Assembly (NCBI GenBank): GCA_965219535.1
Contig: CBDCNV010000002.1
Span: forward strand, 1,980,001 to 2,012,000
Direction: 5' to 3'
DNA: 32,000 nucleotides
DNA from: Opitutales bacterium
Lineage (GTDB): Bacteria; Verrucomicrobiota; Verrucomicrobiia; Opitutales; PNEW01
The translations under genes and the position numbers were made by a program. Under the pieces are notes generated by a model, which was not told where the DNA came from, searched no databases, and saw only the letters and a program-made list of their open reading frames with translations. Shown piece by piece: positions 1 to 10,128 of this stretch (its first letter is position 1; the number at the start of each line of letters is the position of its first letter).

Positions 1-1
1 A

Positions 2-925
2 GAAAAGGCTGCGGCAGCAGCTAATAAAGGTAAGCTCTTATCCACCTACTCGATACCCACGGGTGCTCAGATTCAGGTTAATGAGAAAGATATTATAACA
101 CCTGGATCTCTTCTCGCTAAAACTCCTCGTCAGGCTTTAAAGACTCAGGATATCACGGGCGGTTTGCCACGTGTAGCCGAGCTTTTTGAAGCGCGCCGAC
201 CCAAAGAAGCCGCCGAAATGGCAAAAATTGATGGTATTGTTTCGATGGGTGGAATGGTCCGCGGTAAGAAAAAATTAATCGTCACTAATGAGGAATCGGA
301 ACTTGCTGAGGAACATCTTATACCTCATAGCAAGCACATCGTGGTCCAGCCGGGTGACCTTGTATATAAAGGTCAGCATATTACTGAAGGTGCTGCTGAT
401 CCCCACGAAATTCTTGAAATCCTCGGGCCCAATGCCGTGCAAGAATACCTAATGAGCGAAATTCAGAAAGTCTATCGCTTACAAGGTGTTTCGATTAATG
501 ATAAGCACATTGAATTGATAATCAGCCAGATGTTGCGAAAAGTGCGTATCAATGATCCCGGGGACAGTGATTTCTTCTGGGGTGAACAGGTAGATAAAGA
601 GTCATTTATGCAGGACAACGAACGTATCATCGATGCAGGTGGAAAACCTGCTGAAGGTGAACCCGTTTTACTGGGAATTACTAAATCTTCAATTGAAACG
701 GAAAGCTTTATTTCCGCTGCTTCATTCCAGGAGACGACTCGTGTTCTTACCGATGCCGCCACCTTGGGTAAAGTCGATCAACTGAATGGCTTTAAAGAAA
801 ACGTGATTATGGGTCATCTCATTCCTGCGGGAACGGGCTTACCCTTATATCGCCGCTTGCGTATTGATTCCTTGGGACCAGAATTACTAGAGAGCGAAAC
901 GGTGGAGAAGGAAGAAGCCGGCTGA
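2..925 (+). CDS. rpoC: DNA-directed RNA polymerase subunit beta-prime, C-terminal part (5' partial)
   Basis: Frame 2 is open from the window edge. The translation (...TQDITGGLPRVAELFEARRP...FQETTRVLTDAA...NVIMGHLIPAGTG...) is the conserved C-terminal region of beta-prime. The ORF listed from 164 simply begins at the first in-frame TTG. Confidence 0.93.
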   Translation, partial: EKAAAAANKGKLLSTYSIPTGAQIQVNEKDIITPGSLLAKTPRQALKTQDITGGLPRVAELFEARRPKEAAEMAKIDGIVSMGGMVRGKKKLIVTNEESELAEEHLIPHSKHIVVQPGDLVYKGQHITEGAADPHEILEILGPNAVQEYLMSEIQKVYRLQGVSINDKHIELIISQMLRKVRINDPGDSDFFWGEQVDKESFMQDNERIIDAGGKPAEGEPVLLGITKSSIETESFISAASFQETTRVLTDAATLGKVDQLNGFKENVIMGHLIPAGTGLPLYRRLRIDSLGPELLESETVEKEEAG

Positions 926-1082
926 TATAAGCCAAAGGCTTGAGGTAAAAAGTTTAAATTATGGGATTGTTTCCATCCAGGAAGCAAAACCTGCGCTATA
1001 TTAAATATATTAAAATATGTCTTGATATAAGGGTAAGAAAGAATACCTTTTGCTCTTTCTATATTAAATTAAGCTGATCGAC

Positions 1083-1463
1083 ATGCCTACGTTCAATCAA
1101 TTAGTCAAAAGTCCACGCAGGATTGCGAAATCCAAAACAAAATCACCCGCCTTAAAAGGGAATCCTTTTAGGCGTGGGGTGTGTGTACAGGTCATGACTA
1201 GGACCCCGAAGAAGCCGAACTCGGCCATCCGAAAAGTGGCGAAAGTGCGGTTGACGAATGGGGTAGAAGTACTCGCTTACATTCCTGATGAAGGTCATAA
1301 TCTACAAGAACACAATATCGTACTCGTACGTGGTGGGCGAATAAGGGATCTTCCCGGTGTTCGTTACCATATCGTGCGTGGTGCACTCGATTGTCTGGGC
1401 GTGGACAAACGACGACGCAGTCGCTCCAAGTACGGAGTGAAGCGACCAAAGGCAGCTAATTAA
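1083..1463 (+). CDS. rpsL: 30S ribosomal protein S12
   Basis: 126 aa; [20 protein letters not shown]...[19 protein letters not shown] are S12 hallmarks; canonical position after rpoC. Confidence 0.97.
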   Translation: MPTFNQLVKSPRRIAKSKTKSPALKGNPFRRGVCVQVMTRTPKKPNSAIRKVAKVRLTNGVEVLAYIPDEGHNLQEHNIVLVRGGRIRDLPGVRYHIVRGALDCLGVDKRRRSRSKYGVKRPKAAN

Positions 1464-1505
1464 TTAAACGCTTTATGCGTTTTTTCTGATTCCTGATATT
1501 TTATC

Positions 1506-1979
1506 ATGTCTCGTCGACGAAAAGCAGAGAAAAGAACCTTAATACCTGATCCCAGATACAGTAGCACTCTGGTCAGTCATCTCATCAATATTATCATGCA
1601 GGATGGAAAAAAGTCCACCGCTCAGAGGATCGTTTATGGTGCCTTTGAAGGCGTTAGTGAGAAATTGGAGAAAGGTGACCCCATAGATTTATTGCTTGGT
1701 GCTCTTGAAAACGTCAGGCCTAAACTTGAAGTTAAAAGTCGTCGTGTAGGAGGTCAAACATACCAGATTCCTATCGAAGTTACTTTTGAAAGACAACAAA
1801 GCTTGGCTTTACGTTGGATTCGTGATGCTGCAGTTCGTAAAAAAGGCGTTTCTCTGAAACTGGCGCTCGCCCAGGAAATCGTCGACGCTTATAATAATAC
1901 CGGTACGGTGGTTAAGAAAAAAGAAGATACCCATCGTATGGCACAAGCAAATCGCGCTTTTGCCCATTTACGCTGGTAG
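1506..1979 (+). CDS. rpsG: 30S ribosomal protein S7
   Basis: 157 aa; [14 protein letters not shown] and the C-terminal [13 protein letters not shown] are typical S7; follows rpsL. Confidence 0.97.
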   Translation: MSRRRKAEKRTLIPDPRYSSTLVSHLINIIMQDGKKSTAQRIVYGAFEGVSEKLEKGDPIDLLLGALENVRPKLEVKSRRVGGQTYQIPIEVTFERQQSLALRWIRDAAVRKKGVSLKLALAQEIVDAYNNTGTVVKKKEDTHRMAQANRAFAHLRW

Positions 1980-2005
1980 TGTTATCAACACTATCCTTTA
2001 CCCCC

Positions 2006-4162
2006 ATGGATTTAGTCTCAGAGCTTTCTATTGCCAATTCTACCGAGCGTAATTTTCCGCTCGAATTTACGCGCAATATCGGTATCGCCGCGCACATTGA
2101 TGCGGGAAAAACGACGACCACTGAACGTATTCTTTTCTATTCTGGAGTTGTTCACCGCTTGGGTGAAGTCCACGACGGTAATACCATGACCGACTGGATG
2201 GAGCAGGAACGCGAGCGTGGAATTACAATTACTTCAGCCGCGATATCCTGTAACTGGATGACTAAAGTCGGACCCTTCGCTGATATCCAGCACCAAATTA
2301 ATATTATTGATACTCCAGGTCACGTCGATTTTACCGCGGAGGTAGAACGATCCTTACGGGTGCTGGATGGAGCAATAGGCGTCTTCTGTGCCGTGGCCGG
2401 TGTGCAACCTCAGTCGGAAACGGTGTGGCGACAGATGGATAAGTATAAAGTTCCCCGTATTGCCTTTGTTAATAAGATGGATCGCACAGGAGCTGACTTT
2501 TACAATTGCGTTGAAGATATACGAACAAAACTTGGCGGTAATGCGCATCCGATTTATCTACCTATTGGAGCGGAGGGAGATTTTAAGGGTATTGTCGATC
2601 TGGTGAAAATGGAGGCATTGATCTACGATGCTAATGATCCAACCGGAGTAACTTTTTCTTCTTGTGAAATACCCGAGGAACTAAAGGCGGAATCAGCTAA
2701 ATTTCGTGATTCACTCATTGAGGCATTAGCTGATTTTGATGATGTAATTGCAGAAAAGTATCTTGAAGGCAGTGAACTGAGCATTGAAGAGATACAACAA
2801 GCAATACGTAAAAGTACTTTAGAATTGAAGTTGCTCCCCGTCATTCCCGGAACGGCCTTTAAGAATAAGGGAGTTCAGATGCTTTTTGATATGGTCATAG
2901 ATTATTTGCCGAATCCCTTGGATTTACCTCCTGTTGTTGGACACAAGGAAGATGACACAACCGTTGAGATCAGACCTGATGATAATGGAAATGTAAGGGC
3001 ACTCGCTTTCAAGTTGATGACTGATCCTTATGTTGGTAAGCTGGTTTTTATTCGCATCTACTCAGGTACACTAGCAAAGGGAAGTAGCCAATACAACCCG
3101 CGGACAGGTCGAATGGAAAGAATTAGTCGTCTCATGGTTATGAAAGCAGATCACCGGGAAGACATTGATTTTGCCTATAGTGGAGATATTTGTGCCATTA
3201 TCGGGGCAAAAAATATTATTACCGGAGATACTCTTTGTGATAAAAATGATCAAGTGCGTCTAGAACCGCCAACTTTTCCTGAACCGGTTATATCCATGTC
3301 AATCGAGCCCGATAGCAAAGGCGAACAGGAAAAATTATCCATCGCTTTGCAGCGACTCGCAGCAGAAGATCCAACTTTTCAGGTATCCAGCAATCAAGAA
3401 ACTGGTCAAACGATTATAGCCGGGATGGGGGAGCTTCACTTGGAGATTATTCGCGATCGTCTATTCCGTGAGTTTAGGGTGGAAGCGGATGCAGGCAAAC
3501 CACAGATCGCCTATCGGGAAACGATTAAAAACGCCTCTGAGGGTGAAGGTAAATTTATTCGTCAATCCGGAGGCCGTGGCCAATACGGGCACGCAGTGAT
3601 AAAACTCGAACCCAATGAAAAGGGAAAAGGGGTTGAGGTAATCAATGAAATAGTGGGTGGGGTTATTCCCAGAGAATTTATCAAACCCACGATTGATGGT
3701 ATCCATGAAGCGGCTAACAATGGAACAATCGCCGGCTTTCCAGTAATTGATTGGATAGCGAGAATTGTAGATGGGAGCTTTCATGAGGTTGATTCTTCGG
3801 AAATGGCATTTAAAATGGCCGGCATTTTTGCCTTTAAGGAAGCGATGAATAAGGCGAAACCCATCCTTCTCGAGCCGATAATGAAAGTTGAAGTCGGCAC
3901 GCCCGAGGAATATCAGGGTGATATAATGGGGGATCTTAGTCGCCGCCGCGGTCGAATCCAAGGGATGGAGACAAAAAATAATTTAATGATTATTGTTTCT
4001 ATTGTGCCCCTTGAAACTATGTTTGGCTATTCCACAGATATGCGATCATTGTCGAAAGGTCGCGCATCCTTTTCCATGGAGCCATCTCATTTTGAGCAGG
4101 TTCCCGCCAGCCTTTTACAGAATATTGTTGAAACCTCAGCACGTAAACCTGCAAGAAAATAG
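2006..4162 (+). CDS. fusA: Translation elongation factor G
   Basis: G-domain motifs [24 protein letters not shown] and NKMDR, plus EF-G domains II-V. The start is ambiguous: ATG at 2006 is preferred, but GTG at 1979 overlaps the rpsG stop codon. Confidence 0.93.
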   Translation: MDLVSELSIANSTERNFPLEFTRNIGIAAHIDAGKTTTTERILFYSGVVHRLGEVHDGNTMTDWMEQERERGITITSAAISCNWMTKVGPFADIQHQINIIDTPGHVDFTAEVERSLRVLDGAIGVFCAVAGVQPQSETVWRQMDKYKVPRIAFVNKMDRTGADFYNCVEDIRTKLGGNAHPIYLPIGAEGDFKGIVDLVKMEALIYDANDPTGVTFSSCEIPEELKAESAKFRDSLIEALADFDDVIAEKYLEGSELSIEEIQQAIRKSTLELKLLPVIPGTAFKNKGVQMLFDMVIDYLPNPLDLPPVVGHKEDDTTVEIRPDDNGNVRALAFKLMTDPYVGKLVFIRIYSGTLAKGSSQYNPRTGRMERISRLMVMKADHREDIDFAYSGDICAIIGAKNIITGDTLCDKNDQVRLEPPTFPEPVISMSIEPDSKGEQEKLSIALQRLAAEDPTFQVSSNQETGQTIIAGMGELHLEIIRDRLFREFRVEADAGKPQIAYRETIKNASEGEGKFIRQSGGRGQYGHAVIKLEPNEKGKGVEVINEIVGGVIPREFIKPTIDGIHEAANNGTIAGFPVIDWIARIVDGSFHEVDSSEMAFKMAGIFAFKEAMNKAKPILLEPIMKVEVGTPEEYQGDIMGDLSRRRGRIQGMETKNNLMIIVSIVPLETMFGYSTDMRSLSKGRASFSMEPSHFEQVPASLLQNIVETSARKPARK

Positions 4163-4167
4163 AGACC

Positions 4168-4476
4168 ATGGCTACTCAAAGAATCCGTATTAAATTAAAA
4201 GGTTATGATTATCGGGTCATTGACCAGTCTGCCGCCGATATTGTCGACACCGCAAAGCGGACCGGGGTGCGTATTGCCGGTCCTGTGCCCTTGCCCGTTC
4301 ACATTGAAAAAGTCACAGTCAATCGCTCACCCCATGTTAACAAGAAGTCCATGGATCAATTCGAGACGCGTACCCACAAACGCCTGATTGATATTATAGA
4401 CCCCACGGCTCAGACCGTGGATGAGTTAAAAAAACTTAACCTTCCCGCGGGGGTTGACATTACGATAAACGTCTAA
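4168..4476 (+). CDS. rpsJ: 30S ribosomal protein S10
   Basis: 102 aa; [17 protein letters not shown]...[14 protein letters not shown]; starts 5 nt after the fusA stop. Confidence 0.97.
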   Translation: MATQRIRIKLKGYDYRVIDQSAADIVDTAKRTGVRIAGPVPLPVHIEKVTVNRSPHVNKKSMDQFETRTHKRLIDIIDPTAQTVDELKKLNLPAGVDITINV

Positions 4477-4604
4477 CAATATTTGCCTCTTTCATTTGAT
4501 TTATGCGCTAATTTCCTAAAGCTGAAAGCTAAATCCTCTAACGCAGGGCTATGCTAAACGGAGGCTGATCATTCGAGTTAAGCTTCCCCCTGCCACTTAG
4601 AATT

Positions 4605-5246
4605 ATGATTTATACATTAATTGGTAAAAAAGTTGGTATGACTCAGGTTTATGACGGTGAAAACCGTCTTCTTCCTGTGACTGTGGTTGAAGCAGGACCC
4701 TGTTATGTAGCTCAAGTGAAAACGTCCGATACCGATGGTTATAATGCCATCCAGATTGGTTACGGATCGAAAAGAGCCAAAAGAATTACCAAAAGTGAAG
4801 CCGGTCACTTCAAAAAAGCTGGTGTTGAAGCAAAAGCCACGCTGCGTGAAGTACGCTGTCAAGAATCTACCGAATATAAAGTCGGTGATGTATTAACCGT
4901 TTCGGGTTTCGAAGAAGGTCAAAAAGTAGATATCGTTGGGGTGACCAAGGGCAAAGGTTTTCAAGGAGTAATGAAGCGCTTTAATTTTGGCGGTGGCCCT
5001 GATTCTCATGGTTCTATGACTCATCGTCGAGGCGGGTCTTACGGTCAATGCCAATGGCCCGGTCGAGTTTATAAAGGTAGAAAAATGCCGGGTCATATGG
5101 GGCATGTCCGCCGAACGGTACAAAATTTACAAGTGGTCCGCATTATGGAAGATAAAAATGTGATCCTTCTTAAAGGCAGCCTGCCAGGTGCGAATGGAAG
5201 TCAAATTTTGATTCGAACGGCTAAAAAAACTAAAACCGCTGCTTAA
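4605..5246 (+). CDS. rplC: 50S ribosomal protein L3
   Basis: 213 aa; GKGFQGVMKRFNFGGGP motif; syntenic position. Confidence 0.96.
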   Translation: MIYTLIGKKVGMTQVYDGENRLLPVTVVEAGPCYVAQVKTSDTDGYNAIQIGYGSKRAKRITKSEAGHFKKAGVEAKATLREVRCQESTEYKVGDVLTVSGFEEGQKVDIVGVTKGKGFQGVMKRFNFGGGPDSHGSMTHRRGGSYGQCQWPGRVYKGRKMPGHMGHVRRTVQNLQVVRIMEDKNVILLKGSLPGANGSQILIRTAKKTKTAA

Positions 5247-5264
5247 AGATTAATTTTTCTTACA

Positions 5265-5897
5265 ATGAAATTAGAAGTATATACAACTGACGGCGGGAAT
5301 AGTAAGAAAAAGGAATTCGCAATTCCCGAACTTGAGGGCGATAAGGGGCTTTATGCTCTTAAGCAAATTATACTCGCTTATCAGGCGAATCAGCGACAGG
5401 GATGTGCTTCGACGAAAACGCGGGCTGAAGTCAGAGGTTCGGGTAAAAAACCCTGGCGCCAGAAGGGCACGGGTATGGCTCGAGCCGGCAGTCGTCGCTC
5501 TCCTATTTGGCGGGGAGGGGGCATTACTTTCGGACCCCGTACGCGCGATTACAGCCAGCGAATAAATAAAAAAATGAAAGCTCTTGCTTTTCAGCGAGCT
5601 GTTTTTGATCGGGCGACTGACGGCGATGTTAACGTGATTGAACATATCGAAATCAGTGAACCAAAAACAAAACTTTTTAATGCGTTCATCGGAAAAATAG
5701 CGCCCCAGGGAAGTGTGCTCGTCGTCGATGATAATTTTAGTGACCCGGCTAAATTAGCTGCGCGCAATATCGAACGCGTTGCAATCACTGAAGCCGATAC
5801 CGTAAATGCCTTCGATTTTACGCAATATGATAAAATCATAATAAGCAGTAAGGGCATCGAGAAAGTGTTATTTCGCGTGCAAAAAGATAAATCATAA
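5265..5897 (+). CDS. rplD: 50S ribosomal protein L4
   Basis: 210 aa; KKPWRQKGTGMARAGSRRSPIWRGGG motif. Confidence 0.95.
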   Translation: MKLEVYTTDGGNSKKKEFAIPELEGDKGLYALKQIILAYQANQRQGCASTKTRAEVRGSGKKPWRQKGTGMARAGSRRSPIWRGGGITFGPRTRDYSQRINKKMKALAFQRAVFDRATDGDVNVIEHIEISEPKTKLFNAFIGKIAPQGSVLVVDDNFSDPAKLAARNIERVAITEADTVNAFDFTQYDKIIISSKGIEKVLFRVQKDKS

Positions 5898-6187
5898 TGC
5901 TCGATACTAATAACATACTGAAGGAAATCATTATTACGGAAAAAGCGACCGCGCTTTCATCGAACGTAAACCAATACACGTTTAATGTTTTTTCTCATGC
6001 TACACGCTCGAATGTTGCAAAGGCAGTTGAGAAGGTCTTTTCCGTAACCGTAACGAAAGTTAATATTTTAAACGTTAAACCCAAGATCAAACGAGACCGC
6101 ACGCGACATGGAAAGCTCGGTCGTAAAGGGGGAATGAAAAAAGCTATAGTCTCCCTGAAAGAGGGTGATCAACTCGAAGTAATTTAA
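5897..6187 (+). CDS. rplW: 50S ribosomal protein L23
   Basis: 96 aa. The start overlaps the rplD stop (TAATG). L23-like sequence in the syntenic position between L4 and L2. Confidence 0.94.
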   Translation: MLDTNNILKEIIITEKATALSSNVNQYTFNVFSHATRSNVAKAVEKVFSVTVTKVNILNVKPKIKRDRTRHGKLGRKGGMKKAIVSLKEGDQLEVI

Positions 6188-6207
6188 TCTTTTTATATGT
6201 TCATCAC

Positions 6208-7047
6208 ATGACGATAATTAATAAAAGACCATTAACTCCAGGCCAACGCTTTCATGTCGCGAACAAAACCGACCTTGACAGTAAGCGTCCTGAAAAAAGG
6301 CTATCGAAGTTCCAAAAAAGGACCGGTGGGCGCAACTCCTATGGGAGAATTACATCGAGAAGACGTGGTGGTGGGCACGCTCGACTTTATCGTAAAATCG
6401 ATTTTAAACGCGAGAAATTAGACATTCCTGCAAAAATTCAATCTTTAGAATATGACCCCAATCGATCAGGTAATATCGCATTGCTTGTCTATGCTGACGG
6501 TGAAAAGCGTTATATCCTGGCGCCTAATGAGGTTAAAGTGGGAGATACGCTGGTAAGCACGAAAACAAAGCCGGTATTTAATCCCGGAAACAATCTACCC
6601 CTGAAATTGATTCCACCTGCGACTAAAGTTCACGCCATAGAAATGCAGCCGGGTAAAGGTGCGCAAATCGCACGCTCGGCCGGGACGGCTGCGCAGCTTG
6701 TATCAATCGAAGATAATCGTGCTACGCTTAAAATGCCCAGTGGTGAAATTCGAATGGTTCACTCAAATTGTAATGCAACCATCGGTGAAGTGGGGAACTC
6801 TGATCATAAAATTATTTCGCTTGGAAAAGCGGGACGAAATCGTTGGAAGGGCCGCCGACCGAGAGTGCGGGGAGTTGCCATGAATCCAGTTGACCATCCC
6901 ATGGGTGGAGGTGAAGCAAAAACATCAGGTGGAGGACACCCGGTTTCTCCTTGGGGACAACTTTCCAAGGGTTTTCCCACAAGACGTAAAAAAGCGTCGG
7001 AACGGATGATTCTTATTCGAAGAACAGGACGTAAAGTAAAACAATAA
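6208..7047 (+). CDS. rplB: 50S ribosomal protein L2
   Basis: 279 aa; [12 protein letters not shown] and [10 protein letters not shown] motifs. Confidence 0.97.
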   Translation: MTIINKRPLTPGQRFHVANKTDLDSKRPEKRLSKFQKRTGGRNSYGRITSRRRGGGHARLYRKIDFKREKLDIPAKIQSLEYDPNRSGNIALLVYADGEKRYILAPNEVKVGDTLVSTKTKPVFNPGNNLPLKLIPPATKVHAIEMQPGKGAQIARSAGTAAQLVSIEDNRATLKMPSGEIRMVHSNCNATIGEVGNSDHKIISLGKAGRNRWKGRRPRVRGVAMNPVDHPMGGGEAKTSGGGHPVSPWGQLSKGFPTRRKKASERMILIRRTGRKVKQ

Positions 7048-7060
7048 TACGCTTATCCCT

Positions 7061-7336
7061 ATGTCACGATCTATTAAAAAAGGTTTTTTTGTCGACCCCA
7101 GTCTCTGGAAAAAAATTGATACCGCGCAGAAAAGTGCATCACAGAAACCCATCCGGACTTGGTCTCGAAGATCAACTGTTACACCGGAATTTGTCGGTCT
7201 GACTTTTGAGGTGCATAATGGTAAAAACTTCATAGCTGTTCACATAACCGAAAACATGGTGGGGCACAAACTCGGTGAGTTTTCTCCAACCAGAACTTTT
7301 AGATCGCATAATCCGCACACTAAGAAAGCTGTATAA
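7061..7336 (+). CDS. rpsS: 30S ribosomal protein S19
   Basis: 91 aa; [19 protein letters not shown] motif. Confidence 0.97.
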   Translation: MSRSIKKGFFVDPSLWKKIDTAQKSASQKPIRTWSRRSTVTPEFVGLTFEVHNGKNFIAVHITENMVGHKLGEFSPTRTFRSHNPHTKKAV

Positions 7337-7367
7337 GATAATCATTGTCTAAGCCTTTAATTTTATC

Positions 7368-7712
7368 ATGGAAGTCCAAGCGCTAACTAAATACGCCCGT
7401 ATGTCCCCCAAGAAAGTACGGGATATTACCCGTGAAATCCAGGGTCGAAAAGCTAACGAAGCTCTGGATATGCTGGGGTTTATCCCTCGCAAGTCAGAGC
7501 GCCTTGTAGCCAAGACCTTACAGTCTGCTTTAGCTAATGCTGAAAATAATCATAATCTGCTATCCGACACTCTTTTTATACATCGGGCAATCGTGGAAGA
7601 GGGACCAGCCCTTGGGCGTTTTAAAGCCGGTGCGCGTGGATCAGCTAAACCAAGAGAAAAACGGATGAGTCACATTCGGATTGTGCTCTCAGATAGTGAG
7701 AATAAATCGTAA
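7368..7712 (+). CDS. rplV: 50S ribosomal protein L22
   Basis: 114 aa; ARMSPKKVRDITREIQGR is typical L22; synteny. Confidence 0.95.
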   Translation: MEVQALTKYARMSPKKVRDITREIQGRKANEALDMLGFIPRKSERLVAKTLQSALANAENNHNLLSDTLFIHRAIVEEGPALGRFKAGARGSAKPREKRMSHIRIVLSDSENKS

Positions 7713-7721
7713 GGTATTATT

Positions 7722-8363
7722 ATGGGACAAAAAGTAAATCCAACAGGATTCCGTCTACAGGTTCGACGCGACTGGGAGTCTCGATGGTATGCTGATAAAA
7801 AAGAATTTGGCTTGCTACTGGAAGAGGATTATAAAATTCGCTCCTACCTGCATAAGAAATTAAAGTATGCTGCCGTGCCGCGTATTTTTATAGAACGTGC
7901 GAGCAACCGTATACGGCTAAAACTTTTTACCGCTCGTCCGGGAATTGTTATTGGTCGTAAGGGTCAAGAACTGGATAAGGTTAAAGAAGACCTGCACAAA
8001 CTGCTGAATAAAGAAGTATTGCTTGATATTCAGGAGGTAAAGAAGCCTGATCTCATTGCGCAACTCATGGCCGAGAATGTAGCTTTACAACTGGAAAGAC
8101 GCATTTCCTTTCGCCGGGCGATGAAAAAATCAGTGCAGACTGCTATGAGCCTCGGTGCAGAAGGTATTCGTATTCAAGTTTCGGGCCGCTTAGGGGGCTC
8201 AGATATCGCCCGAACCGAATCCCAACGCGCGGGTCGAGTTCCATTACATACTTTACGTGAAAGTATCGATTACGGATTTGCTGAATCGAGTACTGTTTAT
8301 GGAGTTATCGGTGTAAAATGTTGGATGTGTACTAAACCTGATGAAAATCCGCTGAGCGGGTAA
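7722..8363 (+). CDS. rpsC: 30S ribosomal protein S3
   Basis: 213 aa; MGQKVNPTGFRL N-terminus and a KH domain. Confidence 0.97.
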   Translation: MGQKVNPTGFRLQVRRDWESRWYADKKEFGLLLEEDYKIRSYLHKKLKYAAVPRIFIERASNRIRLKLFTARPGIVIGRKGQELDKVKEDLHKLLNKEVLLDIQEVKKPDLIAQLMAENVALQLERRISFRRAMKKSVQTAMSLGAEGIRIQVSGRLGGSDIARTESQRAGRVPLHTLRESIDYGFAESSTVYGVIGVKCWMCTKPDENPLSG

Positions 8364-8373
8364 ATAAAATATT

Positions 8374-8793
8374 ATGGCTCTTATACCTTCCAGAACAAAA
8401 TATCGTAAATCACAACGCGGTCGCATGAAGGGAAATGCCAAACGTGGAGATACACTCGTCTTTGGCGATTATGGTGTTCAAAGCTTGTCAACCGGCTGGG
8501 TGACTTCCGAGCAAATTGAAGCCTCTCGTGTTGCAGTAAATCGTAATTTAAAACGACGGGGTAAAGTATATATCCGTATTTTCGCACATAAACCCATTTC
8601 AAGTAAACCCGCGGAAACCCGTATGGGTAAAGGCAAAGGTGCAACTGAATCTTGGGTCGCTGTTGTTAAACCTGGCACTGTCATTTTTGAAGTATCGGGA
8701 GCCAACTACCATGCCGCACGTGAAGCCTTGAGCCTTGCCGATGGCAAATTACCTTTAAAATGCCGATTTATCAGCCGGGAAGAACAAGTATAA
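8374..8793 (+). CDS. rplP: 50S ribosomal protein L16
   Basis: 139 aa; [19 protein letters not shown] motif. Confidence 0.97.
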   Translation: MALIPSRTKYRKSQRGRMKGNAKRGDTLVFGDYGVQSLSTGWVTSEQIEASRVAVNRNLKRRGKVYIRIFAHKPISSKPAETRMGKGKGATESWVAVVKPGTVIFEVSGANYHAAREALSLADGKLPLKCRFISREEQV

Positions 8794-8804
8794 ATTTTAT
8801 AATA

Positions 8805-9008
8805 ATGAAAGCGAAAGACATCCGCGAATTGGACATCTCTGAAATTGAGAAAAAGCGTCGTGATACCAGCGATCAATTACTTCATATGAAACTTCACAAG
8901 GAGACGGGACAAGTAGAAAGCCCAAGTGAAATTCGTAATTTACGACGTGAAATCGCTCGCCTTTCAACAATTGCTAGTGAGAAGCGAAGAACAGAAATTA
9001 AAAAATAA
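8805..9008 (+). CDS. rpmC: 50S ribosomal protein L29
   Basis: I place the start at ATG 8805 (MKAKDIRELDISEIEKK...). The ORF listed from 8760 begins inside rplP. 67 aa is the right size and position for L29. Confidence 0.9.
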   Translation: MKAKDIRELDISEIEKKRRDTSDQLLHMKLHKETGQVESPSEIRNLRREIARLSTIASEKRRTEIKK

Positions 9009-9020
9009 AATTTTATTATT

Positions 9021-9296
9021 ATGGACCCCAAATTAAGGACGAAAAGAAAAGATATTATCGGCGTCGTTACGAGCCGATCAGGTGATAAAACAATTAAAGT
9101 TACCTATGCCTATAAAACTCCTCACTCTCGCTATACAAAAGAGATCAAGCGGGAAACGATTGTCCATACCCACGACGAAAAAAATGAATGTGGAATAGGG
9201 GATAAAGTAGAAATAATGGAAACACGACCCTTGAGTAAATTGAAACGCTGGCGCGTCACGCGAGTTCTTGAAAAATCTCTCCAAGCCGGTAATTAA
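9021..9296 (+). CDS. rpsQ: 30S ribosomal protein S17
   Basis: 91 aa; GVVTSRSGDKTIKV...TRPLSKLKRWRV; synteny. Confidence 0.94.
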   Translation: MDPKLRTKRKDIIGVVTSRSGDKTIKVTYAYKTPHSRYTKEIKRETIVHTHDEKNECGIGDKVEIMETRPLSKLKRWRVTRVLEKSLQAGN

Positions 9297-9332
9297 CAAC
9301 GAATTTAATTTCTATCTTTTATTGGATTAATC

Positions 9333-9698
9333 ATGTTACAACTATTGAGCAAACTTGACGTAGCCGACAATACGGGCGCGAAAAGCGCGAAAATGATTCG
9401 TCGACTCGGTCAATTAAAGGATACGGCATCCGTTGGTGATATTATTGTTGTTAATATCAAAGAGAGTACCACCACAGCCACGGTTAAGAAGGGTGAAGTG
9501 GTAAGGGCTGTTGTTGTACGTACGAAAGTTCCAATACGACGAACGGACGGCAGTTATTTACGTTTTGATAGTAATGCTATTGTAATCCTGGATGACGCCG
9601 GTAATCCCCGTGGCACGCGTATTTTTGGTCCTGTTGCGCGCGAATTAAGACAGAAAAACTTTATGAAAATTATTAGTCTGGCTCCAGAAGTCTTATAG
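9333..9698 (+). CDS. rplN: 50S ribosomal protein L14
   Basis: 121 aa; [10 protein letters not shown]...[10 protein letters not shown] motifs. Confidence 0.97.
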   Translation: MLQLLSKLDVADNTGAKSAKMIRRLGQLKDTASVGDIIVVNIKESTTTATVKKGEVVRAVVVRTKVPIRRTDGSYLRFDSNAIVILDDAGNPRGTRIFGPVARELRQKNFMKIISLAPEVL

Positions 9699-9699
9699 C

Positions 9700-9999
9700 A
9701 TGAAAACACGAATCAAAGCAGGAGATGAAATAAAGGTTATTGCCGGTAACAATAAAGGTGATCGTGGTAAGGTATTACAGGTCTTTCCTCGTAAAGATCG
9801 GATTCTCGTCGAGGGAATTAATATGAAGACACGTCATCAAAAAGCAAATGGTGCTGATGGACAAAGGAATCCTGATGGTGGAATAGTGAAACGCGAGGCT
9901 CCATTTCATATCTCTAATGTGATAAAAGTCGAACAAAGCGAGAGTGAACCTCTTAGTAAAGAGACTACTAAAAAAAGTAAGAAAAAAGCTAAAAAGTAA
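9700..9999 (+). CDS. rplX: 50S ribosomal protein L24
   Basis: 99 aa; KOW motif IKAGDEIKVIAGNNKGDRGKVLQV; Lys-rich low-complexity C-terminus. Confidence 0.93.
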   Translation: MKTRIKAGDEIKVIAGNNKGDRGKVLQVFPRKDRILVEGINMKTRHQKANGADGQRNPDGGIVKREAPFHISNVIKVEQSESEPLSKETTKKSKKKAKK

Positions 10000-10118
10000 T
10001 AATTCATATTCTCATTAATCTATTACGAAATTTTTACCCATAATTATCTTGAAACTAGATTTGTCACCTGAACAATCATGCATTCTTTGCAATATTTACT
10101 CCTCTTAACTTGAGCCGC

Positions 10119-10123
10119 GAGGT
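10119..10123 (+). promoter_or_regulatory. Shine-Dalgarno element (GAGGT) 5 nt upstream of the rplE ATG
   Basis: Read directly: cgcGAGGTaagcgATG. It is the only strong SD I found among the ~40 start sites in this window. Confidence 0.5.
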
Positions 10124-10128
10124 AAGCG

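Noticed and set aside
961-1077. 38-codon ORF in the rpoC-rpsL spacer, the same length as L36, which is missing from the cluster
   Set aside because: The translation [38 protein letters not shown] lacks the CxxC...CxxxxH zinc motif of L36. It uses several rare-looking codons (AGG, AGA, ATA). It is probably a chance ORF in an AT-rich spacer.
3461-3961. 166-aa minus-strand ORF inside fusA
   Set aside because: It is entirely antisense to a highly conserved EF-G coding region, has no recognisable motifs and has odd composition. It is a shadow ORF. The same applies to the other short antisense or alternate-frame ORFs in the track that lie within r-protein genes, guaA and the his genes (e.g. 472-762, 1198-1449, 4617-4862, 5271-5645, 6925-7233, 24109-24411).
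4593-4604. CCACTTAGAATT occurs immediately upstream of rplC and again upstream of rpsH (11037-11048)
   Set aside because: Tens of 12-mer repeats are expected by chance in a 32-kb AT-rich window. The distances to the two ATGs differ (0 versus 11 nt). The embedded TAGAAT could be a -10-like box, but for rplC it is too close to the ATG. Evidence for a shared regulatory element is insufficient.
8673-8689. Sigma-54 -24-like TGGCAC motifs (also at 9611 and 12296)
   Set aside because: All lie inside r-protein coding sequences. The -12 position reads TTTTT or GTTTT rather than TTGC.
8760-8804. Upstream 15 codons of the listed L29 ORF
   Set aside because: They overlap the end of rplP. The L29-like sequence starts at MKAKDIREL (8805).
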